From a virus (lineage: Duplodnaviria; Heunggongvirae; Uroviricota; Caudoviricetes), in IMG/VR virus record IMGVR_UViG_2690315831_000003: a DNA stretch of 51,350 nt; one strand, given 5' to 3'. Both the position numbers and the translations under genes were made by a program. Of the stretch, positions 18,061-26,403 are shown in pieces. The stretch's first letter is position 1. Each line of letters opens with the position of its first letter. The notes beneath the pieces were generated by a model. The model made no database searches. It was given only the letters and a program-made list of their open reading frames with translations, and had not been told where the DNA came from.

Positions 18061-18128
18061 AAAAAAGCCCGCGCTGGGAGACGCGGGCGGCAAGGAATAA
18101 ACAATAAAACGTGAAGTAATACTTCAAC
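18061..18128 (-). ncRNA. Putative minus-strand sRNA, copy 1
   Basis: Minus strand: -35 TTGCGC, 17 nt, -10 TATTAT, then a ~70-nt transcript with hairpin GAAGTAtTACTTC and terminator GCCCGCG...CGCGGGC + T7. Confidence 0.4.
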
Positions 18129-18210
18129 TGGCGAATAATACCCTACAGTAATCACTCTGCGCAATAGCGTGGCCTTTTTCGAATTGCGGGCTGTAGTCTC
18201 CCTTCTGCCG

Positions 18211-18372
18211 GGTGTCCTGGTTGCAGATTTCTTCATGTGGTAGGGTTCGGCAGTTAAAGCAGCGATGGCGCTGGGGCGTCGTGCAACTGGCGTTGAGCTG
18301 GATACCGGGCGTTTTGAACAGACTGCGCAGGAAATCAGGGATGTATTTAGCGGGAGCGGTTTGCAGAAGTAA
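18211..18372 (+). pseudogene. Duplicated 3' fragment of the methyltransferase gene
   Basis: About 160 bp homologous to 16679-16831 (MTase C-terminus), with an in-frame stop and no start. Confidence 0.6.
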
Positions 18373-18435
18373 TCTCCCAAAATGCCATTTTTGGAATATA
18401 CTGGTATTAAGTCTTTTTGCTAAGGTTAATTCAAA

Positions 18436-19161
18436 ATGGATGTTGCCTGCTCTGTGGTCCTGATTCGCTATCCGATAGATATTTTTCTTGAAAAAGAAAA
18501 AGTTTCACTCGATGCCGGAAGTGTTATGCTTGTTGCCAGAAATATAAGAGGGCTTTTCTGTGCTTATGCCGACAGAGTGAAAATGGCAGATATAAGTAAC
18601 AGCGTCGTCAATCAGTATCTGGAAAGGGAGTGTGAACTGACGGAGTATACACCGACAAAAATGCCTCTTTATTTGATGTCTGATATTTACAATACGGAAC
18701 TGGCGGAGGCTTTAATAACCCGGCATAGTGAATCCAGTGATACTTTGAAGGATTTCTCTGTTATAACCGCATTTTCATGTATCTCCTTATTTGCAACAGA
18801 CAGACGTCTGCCATTATTTTTGTCCGGTGCTGTAAATAATATCAGCTGTAAAGTAAGGGCTATAATTCAGACCGACATATCGGCAGGCTGGATGCTTGGT
18901 GTGATTGCATTACAATTGCATATGAGCGAAAGCTTGTTGAAGCGAAAACTTAAGGATGAAGGTTATAGCTTTAGTCGGTTGTTGCTGGAGGAGCGAATGC
19001 GTGTTGCTGTTAATCTTGTATGTTTCCAGCGAGAGTGTGGACAAGCGATAGCGGAAAAATGTGGTTACTCAAGTAAGTCCTACTTCATTTCTGTATTTCA
19101 CCAGTATTATGGTGCACCACCTGAGAGCTATGCATATTTGCAGAAAGCAGACGTTATCTGA
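18436..19161 (+). CDS. AraC/XylS-family transcriptional regulator (cargo)
   Basis: 241 aa; C-terminal dual-HTH AraC signature region; AT-rich locus. Confidence 0.7.
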   Translation: MDVACSVVLIRYPIDIFLEKEKVSLDAGSVMLVARNIRGLFCAYADRVKMADISNSVVNQYLERECELTEYTPTKMPLYLMSDIYNTELAEALITRHSESSDTLKDFSVITAFSCISLFATDRRLPLFLSGAVNNISCKVRAIIQTDISAGWMLGVIALQLHMSESLLKRKLKDEGYSFSRLLLEERMRVAVNLVCFQRECGQAIAEKCGYSSKSYFISVFHQYYGAPPESYAYLQKADVI

Positions 19162-19250
19162 TGTTTTTTCATCAGGCATATATTGATTGACTGTATTAGA
19201 TATAGTCTGAATGTGTTCAGCATAAAAAGTTATAATCATTTGGTGTTTGC

Positions 19251-19529
19251 GTGAATATTGATGAGAAAATCAGATGTAGCCAACTGTTACAGCGTATTGA
19301 AGCCGTCAATGTGGAACGAACAAAGGTCTTCAGTCGTCTGACAGTTTTATTTTGTACCCCTGATCGACGTTCAGGTCAGGAGATGGTTCTTCTGGATGTA
19401 GATGCACTTCGGAACGTCTGTGAGGAGTTCACCGCGGCTAATTCGGAGTTACTGAGTCTTGTTCAGGAGTACAACAGAATTGCAGGTAGTAACGGTTTTG
19501 ATGAAATCAAAATTATATCCCGTGGATAA
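19251..19529 (+). CDS. Hypothetical protein downstream of the AraC-like regulator
   Basis: 92-aa ORF with GTG start and weak RBS. Confidence 0.35.
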   Translation: MNIDEKIRCSQLLQRIEAVNVERTKVFSRLTVLFCTPDRRSGQEMVLLDVDALRNVCEEFTAANSELLSLVQEYNRIAGSNGFDEIKIISRG

Positions 19530-19852
19530 AACATATCCTGTATATTTATGTTGTTACATACAGGCGCTTTTAGTATCTGCCGCACGGCAGTTGTACTTCA
19601 GAATAAGATGCTTTTGTGACTGGTGGTGTTGTATCTGGGGTTAGCCAGTAGGCAGGTTCAGAGAGTCCGGTGGTAATTATGTGTATGCAGTGGTTGTTGC
19701 TGTACCGTGGGCAAGTTCTGGAACTGGCTTCGTCCATTGTAGATGATTGTTAGCTGGATATCAGTTACCTCATGGAAATGTTAAATGACTCACAATTCGG
19801 TTGATGGGCTATTGTCTGATCGATGGAAGTCTTGTAAAAACGAGCCAGCATA

Positions 19853-20012
19853 GTGAATCCCCCTGTGCGGAGGGGCGTCTGACATGGTCTCCATAGCGAT
19901 GGTCACAATACGCAGATTCAGTAGTCAGGCTGAATCTACCGGGAGGCACCCGGCACTATGCTGCTTATGGTGTATACATAGCGATCGGCCCCTCTCCGGA
20001 GGGGCTTTTTTT
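19853..20012 (+). ncRNA. Putative sRNA, repeat unit B
   Basis: Same conserved 5' and 3' blocks, divergent middle; terminator 19988-20012. Confidence 0.4.
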
Positions 20013-20111
20013 GTGCGGGAAAAGGCTGTGTTGTTAAGTGTTAAATTCCTCACAGTTCAGATGGTTGATGCTTGCCTGTCTGAGGGGGAGTTGTTAAAAA
20101 AGTTCTGCATG

Positions 20112-20282
20112 GTGAATCCCCCTGTGCGGAGGGGCGACTGGTGTGATTTGCATCTTTTCTGTTGTAGGCAATGCAAACGCGGGTTCAGGGACACCAGACT
20201 GGACTCACCGGGAGGCACCCGGCACCATGTTCATGATGATACAGATACGCAGTGTCAGCCCCTCTCCTGAGGGGCTTTTTTA
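20112..20282 (+). ncRNA. Putative sRNA, repeat unit C
   Basis: Near-identical to unit A over the first ~35 nt and the 3' hairpins; terminator 20258-20282. Confidence 0.4.
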
Positions 20283-20381
20283 TGCAGGAAAAACGCTGTG
20301 TTGTGAAATGTTAAATTCCTCACAGTTCAGATGGTTGATGCTTGCCTGTCTTACGGGGAGTTGTTAAAAAAGTTCTGCATG

Positions 20382-20544
20382 GTGAATCCCCCTGAGCGGA
20401 GGGGCATATCAGCGCAGGTGTTTCTACTCTATCCTTTCTGTGCGGGTTCAGGTGCTGATACTGAACTCACCGGGAGGCACCCGGCACCATGCAGTATACA
20501 GAGATTAGGCATACATCCAGGCTCCTCATCGCAGGAGCCTTTTT
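20382..20544 (+). ncRNA. Putative sRNA, repeat unit D
   Basis: Conserved 5' box and internal hairpin; different terminator GGCTCCTcatcgcAGGAGCC + T5. Confidence 0.35.
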
Positions 20545-20550
20545 ACATGT

Positions 20551-20628
20551 AAAAAAAAACCGCTCCTGGGAAGAGCGGTTGGCAAGGAAGCAAGGAATAA
20601 ATAACAAAACGTGAAGTAATTTATTCAG
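20551..20628 (-). ncRNA. Putative minus-strand sRNA, copy 2
   Basis: Same promoter TTGCGC-17-TATTAT and conserved body UUACUUCACGUUUU..UUAUUCCUUGC; terminator AACCGCTC...GAGCGGTT + T9. Confidence 0.4.
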
Positions 20629-20777
20629 CACCCTAATAATACCTTAGAGTAATCACCTTGCGCAACTGTAAGGGCGTATTTCTTTTTTGCGGGCTGTTTT
20701 TCTGTGTGACTTTTGTGTTTCCGGAGGTCAGCCCGTGCCTTCTCTGACTCAGAACATTATCCCGGCCGGGAGGATTC

Positions 20778-22742
20778 ATGGCATTTAAACACTACGATGT
20801 GGTCAGGGCGGCATCGCCGTCAGACCTTGCTGAACGACTGACACAAAAACTGAAGGAGGGCTGGCAGCCATTTGGCAGTCCGGTGGCCATCACGCCTTAT
20901 ACCCTGATGCAGGCCATTGCGGCGGAAGGTGATGTCACCACACCAGTGGCGGTGACCGGTAATGAGGGTAAGGCGGTGGCTGTCAGTGCCACCAGCGACC
21001 CGGAGTATTACTTTGTTGTGGTTCTGGCAGGGCAGTCAAATGGCATGTCGTATGGTGAAGGTCTTCCGCTGCCGGAGACATATGACCGTCCGGACCCGCG
21101 CATTAAGCAGCTGGCGCGCCGCAGTACGGTGACACCGGGCGGTGCAGCATGCAAATATAACGACATCATTCCGGCGGACCATTGTCTGCATGATGTGCAG
21201 GACATGAGCCGCCTTAACCATCCGAAAGCGGACCTGTCAAAGGGGCAGTACGGTACCGTGGGGCAGGGGCTGCATATCGCCAAAAAACTGCTGCCGTTTA
21301 TACCGGCGAATGCGGGTATTCTGCTGGTTCCGTGCTGTCGTGGTGGTTCAGCGTTCACCACCGGAGCTGATGGCACATACAGTGACGCTGGCGGTGCCTC
21401 GGAGAATTCAGCGCGCTGGGGTGTGGACAAGCCGCTGTATAAGGACCTTATCGGTCGAACAAAAGCAGCACTGAAGAAGAACCCGAAAAATGTGCTGTTT
21501 ACCGTGGTGTGGATGCAGGGGGAATTTGATTTTGACGGCACGCCCGGAAATCACGCAGCACAGTTTGGTGCGCTGGTTGATAAATTCCGTGCAGACCTGA
21601 CGGATATGGCAGGTCAGTGCGTTGGTGGCTCTGCTGGCGGTGTTCCCTGGATATGCGGGGACACGACGTATTTCTGGAAGCAGAAGAACGAATCCACGTA
21701 CCAGACGGTGTACGGCAGCTATAAAAACAAAACGGAAAAGAATATCCATTTCGTACCGTTCATGACGGATGAGAACGGGGTGAATGTGCCGACGAACAAA
21801 CCGGAAGAAGACCCGGACATTCCGGGTATCGGGTATTACGGTTCGAAATGGCGTGACAGCTCAGCCACCTGGACGTCACAGGACAGGGCGAGCCATTTCA
21901 GCACCTGGGCACGCCGGGGGATTATTTCCGACCGTCTGGCAACGGCGATTCTGGTGCACGCCGGGAGAACCGCTGAATTCATTACCGGAAAACAGCCTGA
22001 TATGGTGAAGCCCACCGTACCTTCCGGTGAAGGTCCGGAGAGAGAGGCGGAAGCCCCGGTCAGTAACCGAACCCTGATGAGTCTGCTGGCATCCGGCGAA
22101 GACCTGGCATCACAGGGCTGGCGCTATTATCACAAACCGGCGGGCGGAGACAGTGTTAACAAAAACATTGCTGAAGCGGTGGTCAGTGATGCGGGGGCTA
22201 CGGGAGGTAAGGCCCTGCAACTGAACAAACCGGAAAACCACATCTGGTTTCTGGAGCATGATGCAGCCGGACAGGGGGCGGAGTTACTGAAGAAGGGCGG
22301 ACGTGTGAGCGTACGGTTTAAGTTGCCGGGTTCACTGGTGCCGAATCAGTTTGCCCTGGGCATTTACTGGCAGTTGTCGTCCCTGCCGGAGGGGGTGACG
22401 CTGTCAGGAGAAGGTAACGATATGCTGATGTCTTTCTTCCTGCAGACGGATACGACGAACCTGAACGCGATGCATCACAGGAAGCCGAATGCGAAGCTGG
22501 ATACATTCGGGGTCTTTGATAACGGATGGCACACGCTGGCTTTTGAGTTTGCCGGAAACAACAGCATTCAGGTGACACCAGTACTGGATGAGAAACGGGG
22601 AGCGGCGTTCACACTGGTGAAGTCACCGGCATCGGGGGCGGCGGACAAACTGCAACTGACCGATATATCAAAATCGGCGACGTATACGCTGCTGATTGAC
22701 AGCATTGCGGTGGAAGTGAACAGCACAGACACTGCGGCATGA
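20778..22742 (+). CDS. nanS: Prophage 9-O-acetyl-sialate esterase NanS-p-like (SGNH hydrolase)
   Basis: 654 aa; GQSN motif in VVLAGQSNGMSYGEG; same location relative to the stx site as the NanS-p gene of Stx phages. Confidence 0.7.
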   Translation: MAFKHYDVVRAASPSDLAERLTQKLKEGWQPFGSPVAITPYTLMQAIAAEGDVTTPVAVTGNEGKAVAVSATSDPEYYFVVVLAGQSNGMSYGEGLPLPETYDRPDPRIKQLARRSTVTPGGAACKYNDIIPADHCLHDVQDMSRLNHPKADLSKGQYGTVGQGLHIAKKLLPFIPANAGILLVPCCRGGSAFTTGADGTYSDAGGASENSARWGVDKPLYKDLIGRTKAALKKNPKNVLFTVVWMQGEFDFDGTPGNHAAQFGALVDKFRADLTDMAGQCVGGSAGGVPWICGDTTYFWKQKNESTYQTVYGSYKNKTEKNIHFVPFMTDENGVNVPTNKPEEDPDIPGIGYYGSKWRDSSATWTSQDRASHFSTWARRGIISDRLATAILVHAGRTAEFITGKQPDMVKPTVPSGEGPEREAEAPVSNRTLMSLLASGEDLASQGWRYYHKPAGGDSVNKNIAEAVVSDAGATGGKALQLNKPENHIWFLEHDAAGQGAELLKKGGRVSVRFKLPGSLVPNQFALGIYWQLSSLPEGVTLSGEGNDMLMSFFLQTDTTNLNAMHHRKPNAKLDTFGVFDNGWHTLAFEFAGNNSIQVTPVLDEKRGAAFTLVKSPASGAADKLQLTDISKSATYTLLIDSIAVEVNSTDTAA

Positions 22743-22876
22743 TAAAAAAAGCCGCCAGTTACCGGAATGGACTGGCGGTGGTAATACCCATGGAGAAATA
22801 TAAAGGAACGATACTTTCGTGCTCTGTTTTTTTAAATGAAAACAGTTCTTATTGTCAACAATAACGGTAAGAAATT

Positions 22877-23056
22877 ATGACTTTTATTCATCAGGTGATG
22901 CTGTACTTCTGTACGGCAGTCTGTGTGCTGTATCTCCTTTCGGGTGGATACCGGGCCATGCGTGACTTCTGGCGCAGACAGATTGACAAAAGGGCCGCTG
23001 AGAAAATCAGCGCCAGTCAGTCAGCCGGAAGCAAACCCGAAGAGCCGCTCATTTAG
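22877..23056 (+). CDS. Possible small membrane protein (59 aa)
   Basis: ATG 22877; hydrophobic N-terminus; below the ORF-track cutoff. Confidence 0.3.
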   Translation: MTFIHQVMLYFCTAVCVLYLLSGGYRAMRDFWRRQIDKRAAEKISASQSAGSKPEEPLI

Positions 23057-23096
23057 CGGCAACTTTCTTAATCACACCTTTCGACGAGAAAATCCC

Positions 23097-23342
23097 ATGT
23101 CAGAAATTACATCCCTGGTCACTGCTGAAGCAGTGAAGGACGTCCTGCGCTCTGAAGAAGTCCTGAGCGCACTGAAACAGAAACTTCGCCATAACCTGGA
23201 AGCGCGTCTTGATGCAGAAGTGGATGCCATTCTGGATGAACTGCTGGGCGCACCGGCAGCTCCGGAGCCGGAAGGCATCGCGGGAGAGGGGAGTGCTTCA
23301 GATAGCGGTGACCCCACACCTGACAGCGACATGATGATGTAA
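23097..23342 (+). CDS. Small acidic hypothetical protein
   Basis: ATG 23097 (MSEITSLV...); Asp/Glu-rich C-terminus. Confidence 0.4.
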   Translation: MSEITSLVTAEAVKDVLRSEEVLSALKQKLRHNLEARLDAEVDAILDELLGAPAAPEPEGIAGEGSASDSGDPTPDSDMMM

Positions 23343-23419
23343 GCATGCGTCAGGGACCATCGGTGTGTGCCGGTGGTCTTTTTTATTGTTGTGAGCTTCC
23401 GGATTGCGGGAGACGGGGT

Positions 23420-23635
23420 ATGTACCAGATGGAAAAAATCACAACAGGTGTGTCATACACCACGTCAGCGGTGGGAACGGGCTACTGGTTCCTGCAGTTG
23501 CTGGACAGGGTTTCCCCGTCTCAGTGGGCGGCAATAGGCGTGCTGGGGAGTCTGCTGTTTGGGCTGCTGACATATCTGACGAACCTGTATTTCAAGATTA
23601 AAGAAGACCGTCGTAAGGCGGCACGGGGAGAGTAG
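23420..23635 (+). CDS. S: Class II holin (phage 21 S-like pinholin), dual-start motif
   Basis: 71 aa [23 protein letters not shown]... closely matches recalled S21; two Met codons three residues apart. Confidence 0.85.
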   Translation: MYQMEKITTGVSYTTSAVGTGYWFLQLLDRVSPSQWAAIGVLGSLLFGLLTYLTNLYFKIKEDRRKAARGE

Positions 23636-23638
23636 GTG

Positions 23639-23968
23639 ATGAACCATGAAGAAATGAATCAGCGCTTCAGTCGTCTGGAAAATGAAATTGCTGAACTGAA
23701 TAAAAAACTGTCGGCGCTGATGCCTTCTGAAGATGCAAACAAACGCCGCGATGAGCAGTTTGCGGCGTTTTACGATGATTGCATCAAAATTGCTCGCAGG
23801 ATCTTTGCGAATATTTTGCAGGAAAAGTTTTTACCGACCGCATTGTCAGAAAAGTACTCCATTACGGTTAGAAGTGCCGGAGAGGAAGGCAATAAACGTT
23901 ATTTTATTGCGTCTGCACCGGATAAAGACCAGGAATGGGGGGGGGTAATCGGCCATCTTTTATTGTGA
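23639..23968 (+). CDS. Hypothetical protein, N-terminal part of a gene split at a G9 tract
   Basis: ORF runs into the G9 homopolymer (23937-23945) and stops 23 nt later; the next ORF starts inside the tract in the +1 frame. Confidence 0.45.
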   Translation: MNHEEMNQRFSRLENEIAELNKKLSALMPSEDANKRRDEQFAAFYDDCIKIARRIFANILQEKFLPTALSEKYSITVRSAGEEGNKRYFIASAPDKDQEWGGVIGHLLL

Positions 23969-24309
23969 CAAGCGATGACTGGAATATCACGATCAGTGAA
24001 GATGGAAAAGTAACACCAGCATCGCACCAGCACAGTGAGGCGCTCATTGAATTTGCCATTGATTACATGAAGAACAATAAAAAGCAGGGGCTGATGCAGC
24101 GCATTGGTCGCTGCATGGGATATCTGCAGCTGGCGGCAGAGATTGAAGCACTTGCCTGTGGTGCTGACAAGGATGTAGTTGTGCGGGAGGCTCTTCTTCG
24201 TGAGTTTGACAACCCGCCCTTTAAAAAAGTGCCGGCTTACTGGTTTCATCCTGGACTGACTTATCTGAAAGGGCGGTTTGGGGAGAGGTTATCTGAACTT
24301 AAGCGATAG
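23935..24309 (+). CDS. Hypothetical protein, C-terminal part of the same split gene
   Basis: Frame becomes continuous with 23639..23968 if the G-run has 10 rather than 9 G. Confidence 0.45.
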   Translation: MGGGNRPSFIVTSDDWNITISEDGKVTPASHQHSEALIEFAIDYMKNNKKQGLMQRIGRCMGYLQLAAEIEALACGADKDVVVREALLREFDNPPFKKVPAYWFHPGLTYLKGRFGERLSELKR

Positions 24310-24609
24310 TTTATTGAAGAGCCGTTTTTTTTGCAGACAGGCAAAGTTTTTATCCCATGAACAACCCGGGTGACTGAGTTCGTCATTAAACCATTTGTTA
24401 ATGTTGTGCTTCAGATGCTGAAGCATCAATGGTGTTAATGTGGTGATAATGATATCCAGAGTTTCTGTTGAAAGCATGCCGTAAGGCTCTGAGAGAATGG
24501 CCTGAGTGGCCTCGCTGTTATCCGGGATAAGCGCTTTTAATTCTGATTTAACATTTTCGTTCATTATCTGCAAAAACTCTTTGCGTAAATTGTTGTCATT
24601 ATTATTCAT
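24289..24609 (-). CDS. Hypothetical protein, convergent with the split gene
   Basis: 106-aa ORF in roughly 35% GC DNA, where long ORFs are unlikely by chance. Confidence 0.4.
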   Translation of the reverse strand: MNNNDNNLRKEFLQIMNENVKSELKALIPDNSEATQAILSEPYGMLSTETLDIIITTLTPLMLQHLKHNINKWFNDELSHPGCSWDKNFACLQKKRLFNKLSLKFR

Positions 24610-24734
24610 TTATAAAATCTCATTTGTTGTTACCGGGTGTGTCCTGGTGCCTGTTGATTATATTCATCGTGAGTACCGGATTATATATCTGACATATCCA
24701 GGAATAAGAGAGCTATAAATCCTGATAAATATCC

Positions 24735-25268
24735 ATGAACGCAAAAATCAAATACGGCCTGTCAGCTGCCGTTCTGGCGCTGATTGCCGCAGGGGCTTCT
24801 GCGCCTGAAATCCTCGACCAGTTTCTTGACGAAAAAGAAGGTAACCACACCACGGCATACCGTGATGGTGCGGGTATCTGGACCATCTGCCGTGGAGCCA
24901 CCCGGGTGGATGGTAAGCCTGTTATTCCTGGCATGAAGCTGTCGAAGGAAAAATGCGACCGGGTTAACGCTATCGAACGGGATAAGGCGCTGGCATGGGT
25001 GGAGAAAAACATCAAAGTGCCACTGACTGAACCCCAGAAAGCGGGTATTGCGTCATTCTGTCCTTACAACATTGGCCCCGGTAAGTGTTTCCCGTCGACG
25101 TTTTATAAACGAATTAATGCAGGCGATCGCAGGGGAGCGTGTGAAGCGATTCGCTGGTGGATTAAGGACGGTGGCAGAGACTGCCGTATCCGCTCAAATA
25201 ACTGTTATGGTCAGGTATCCCGTCGTGACCAGGAGAGCGCGCTGGCGTGCTGGGGTATCGACAGATAA
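24735..25268 (+). CDS. R: SAR endolysin (lysozyme-like, phage 21 R-like)
   Basis: 177 aa; N-terminal hydrophobic SAR segment YGLSAAVLALIAAGASA; lysozyme-like core; pairs with pinholin. Confidence 0.8.
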   Translation: MNAKIKYGLSAAVLALIAAGASAPEILDQFLDEKEGNHTTAYRDGAGIWTICRGATRVDGKPVIPGMKLSKEKCDRVNAIERDKALAWVEKNIKVPLTEPQKAGIASFCPYNIGPGKCFPSTFYKRINAGDRRGACEAIRWWIKDGGRDCRIRSNNCYGQVSRRDQESALACWGIDR

Positions 25269-25424
25269 GCAGAATATTTTGCTGAAAAATGACGTTGGCC
25301 AACGCGGACGGATAACACGAAATCCTGCGAACTGGCAAAACCTAAGTGAATAAAAGTAAAAACCCCGTTTGTTGGCAGCAAGCGGGGTTTTGTGTTTCTG
25401 ACCTTGGATAAGGCAAGGGAGAAC

Positions 25425-25607
25425 ATGGAAAAGTATAAACGAATTCTGTTGAGGTTGACTATGAAAAACGGCCTTGAACTGAAAGCGCCAGTAAGTGATG
25501 ACATCAGCAGAGCGCTGGCTTTTGCTATTAAGTGGGTGGCGGTCGGTATCGCTGTGTCTCCGATACTGTATGGGCTGGCAAAACTGGTCATTGCGTTGAA
25601 ATCGTGA
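25425..25607 (+). CDS. Small membrane protein between R and Rz
   Basis: 60 aa; AAGGGAGAAC before ATG; one C-terminal TM helix. Confidence 0.45.
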   Translation: MEKYKRILLRLTMKNGLELKAPVSDDISRALAFAIKWVAVGIAVSPILYGLAKLVIALKS

Positions 25608-25621
25608 AGGGAGGATTAAGC

Positions 25622-25753
25622 ATGTCAGACAAACTCATAATGCTGGCGAAGATCCTCTGTGTAATCGTCGGCATTTCATTTTCACTAATGCTGGTTGCTC
25701 TTTTTCTTTCCATGGGCTGGATGATGTTGTCTTCGTCGGGGCTGCTGGAGTGA
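25622..25753 (+). CDS. Small membrane protein between R and Rz
   Basis: 43 aa; GGAGG before ATG; single TM helix. Confidence 0.45.
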   Translation: MSDKLIMLAKILCVIVGISFSLMLVALFLSMGWMMLSSSGLLE

Positions 25754-26223
25754 GCATAAACCGAATGCTTTCCGCGTTTACCGTTATTCTGCTGGTGGTC
25801 TGTGGTGCGCTTAGTCTGGGGCTGAATCATTACCGCGATAACGCCATCACCTACAAAGCGCAGCGCGATAAAAAAGCCAGAGAGCTGGAGCAGGCAAACG
25901 CAACCATTACTGATATGCAGGTGCGCCAGCGCGATGTTGCTGCGCTCGATGCAAAATACTCGAGGGAATTAGCCGATGCGAGAGCTGAAAATGAAACTCT
26001 GCGTGCTGATGTTGCCGCTGGTCGTAAGCGCCTGCGGATCAACGCCACCTGTCCAGGCTCCGTGCGTGAAGCCCCCACCACCTCCGGCGTGGGCAATGAT
26101 GCCTCCGTCGAACTCTCTCCAGTTGCTGGACGAAACGTTCTCGGTATCAGAGACGGAATCATCAGCGATCAGGCCGCATTGAGAACGCTTCAGGAATATA
26201 TCCGCACTCAGTGCCTGAATTAA
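25750..26223 (+). CDS. Rz: Inner-membrane spanin Rz
   Basis: 157 aa; N-terminal TM then coiled coil; embedded lipoprotein ORF in the +1 frame. Confidence 0.8.
   Translation: MSINRMLSAFTVILLVVCGALSLGLNHYRDNAITYKAQRDKKARELEQANATITDMQVRQRDVAALDAKYSRELADARAENETLRADVAAGRKRLRINATCPGSVREAPTTSGVGNDASVELSPVAGRNVLGIRDGIISDQAALRTLQEYIRTQCLN
25991..26182 (+). CDS. Rz1: Outer-membrane lipoprotein spanin Rz1, embedded in Rz
   Basis: [15 protein letters not shown] lipobox followed by Pro-rich sequence, wholly inside Rz. Confidence 0.75.
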   Translation: MKLCVLMLPLVVSACGSTPPVQAPCVKPPPPPAWAMMPPSNSLQLLDETFSVSETESSAIRPH

Positions 26224-26403
26224 CAGAGCCTGCTTAATCGCTGGCTTTTTCATATCTGAATTTCACCGCGCACCGCAGCGCATGATAACCACCGAACCTG
26301 CCCCTTTGGAATGAGCCTTTGAGGATACCAGTTAGTGCTGGCGAGCCTCGGTGGGCTGGTTTCCTGTGCGGCAAAGGTTCATTTCAAAGAGCAGGTACAC
26401 GCT

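Larger units (their letters stand above)
17800..20550 (+). repeat. Array of four homologous promoter-terminator units (putative sRNA genes), interrupted by an AraC-like gene block
   Basis: Each unit: conserved 5' box GTTAAAT(T)CCTCACA, -35 TTGCCT/TTGTCT, -10 TAAAAA, GCATGGTGAATCCCCCTGTGCGGAGGGGC, internal hairpin ACTCACCGGGAGGCACCCGGCACCATG, intrinsic terminator. Confidence 0.7.

Noticed and set aside
19884-20552. ORFs 19884..20270, 20143..20367 and 20331..20552 across the repeat units
   Set aside because: They run through terminator hairpins, differ in frame and stop between otherwise homologous units, and lack RBS; judged non-coding
17800-20560. Tandem direct repeats considered as a possible CRISPR array
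   Set aside because: Units are ~260 bp with internal promoters and terminators, not 28-37-bp repeats separated by unique spacers; no cas genes
16850-20780. Looked for stx toxin genes at the canonical site after the Q-adjacent tRNAs and before the NanS-like gene
   Set aside because: No ORF resembling StxA (~315 aa) or StxB (~89 aa) is present; the site holds a TolA-like lipoprotein, sRNA-like repeats and an AraC-like regulator instead
22744-22780. Hairpin CCGCCAGT..ACTGGCGG preceded by an A-run, after the NanS-like gene
   Set aside because: No T-run on the plus strand and no minus-strand gene nearby to terminate; function unclear, not annotated
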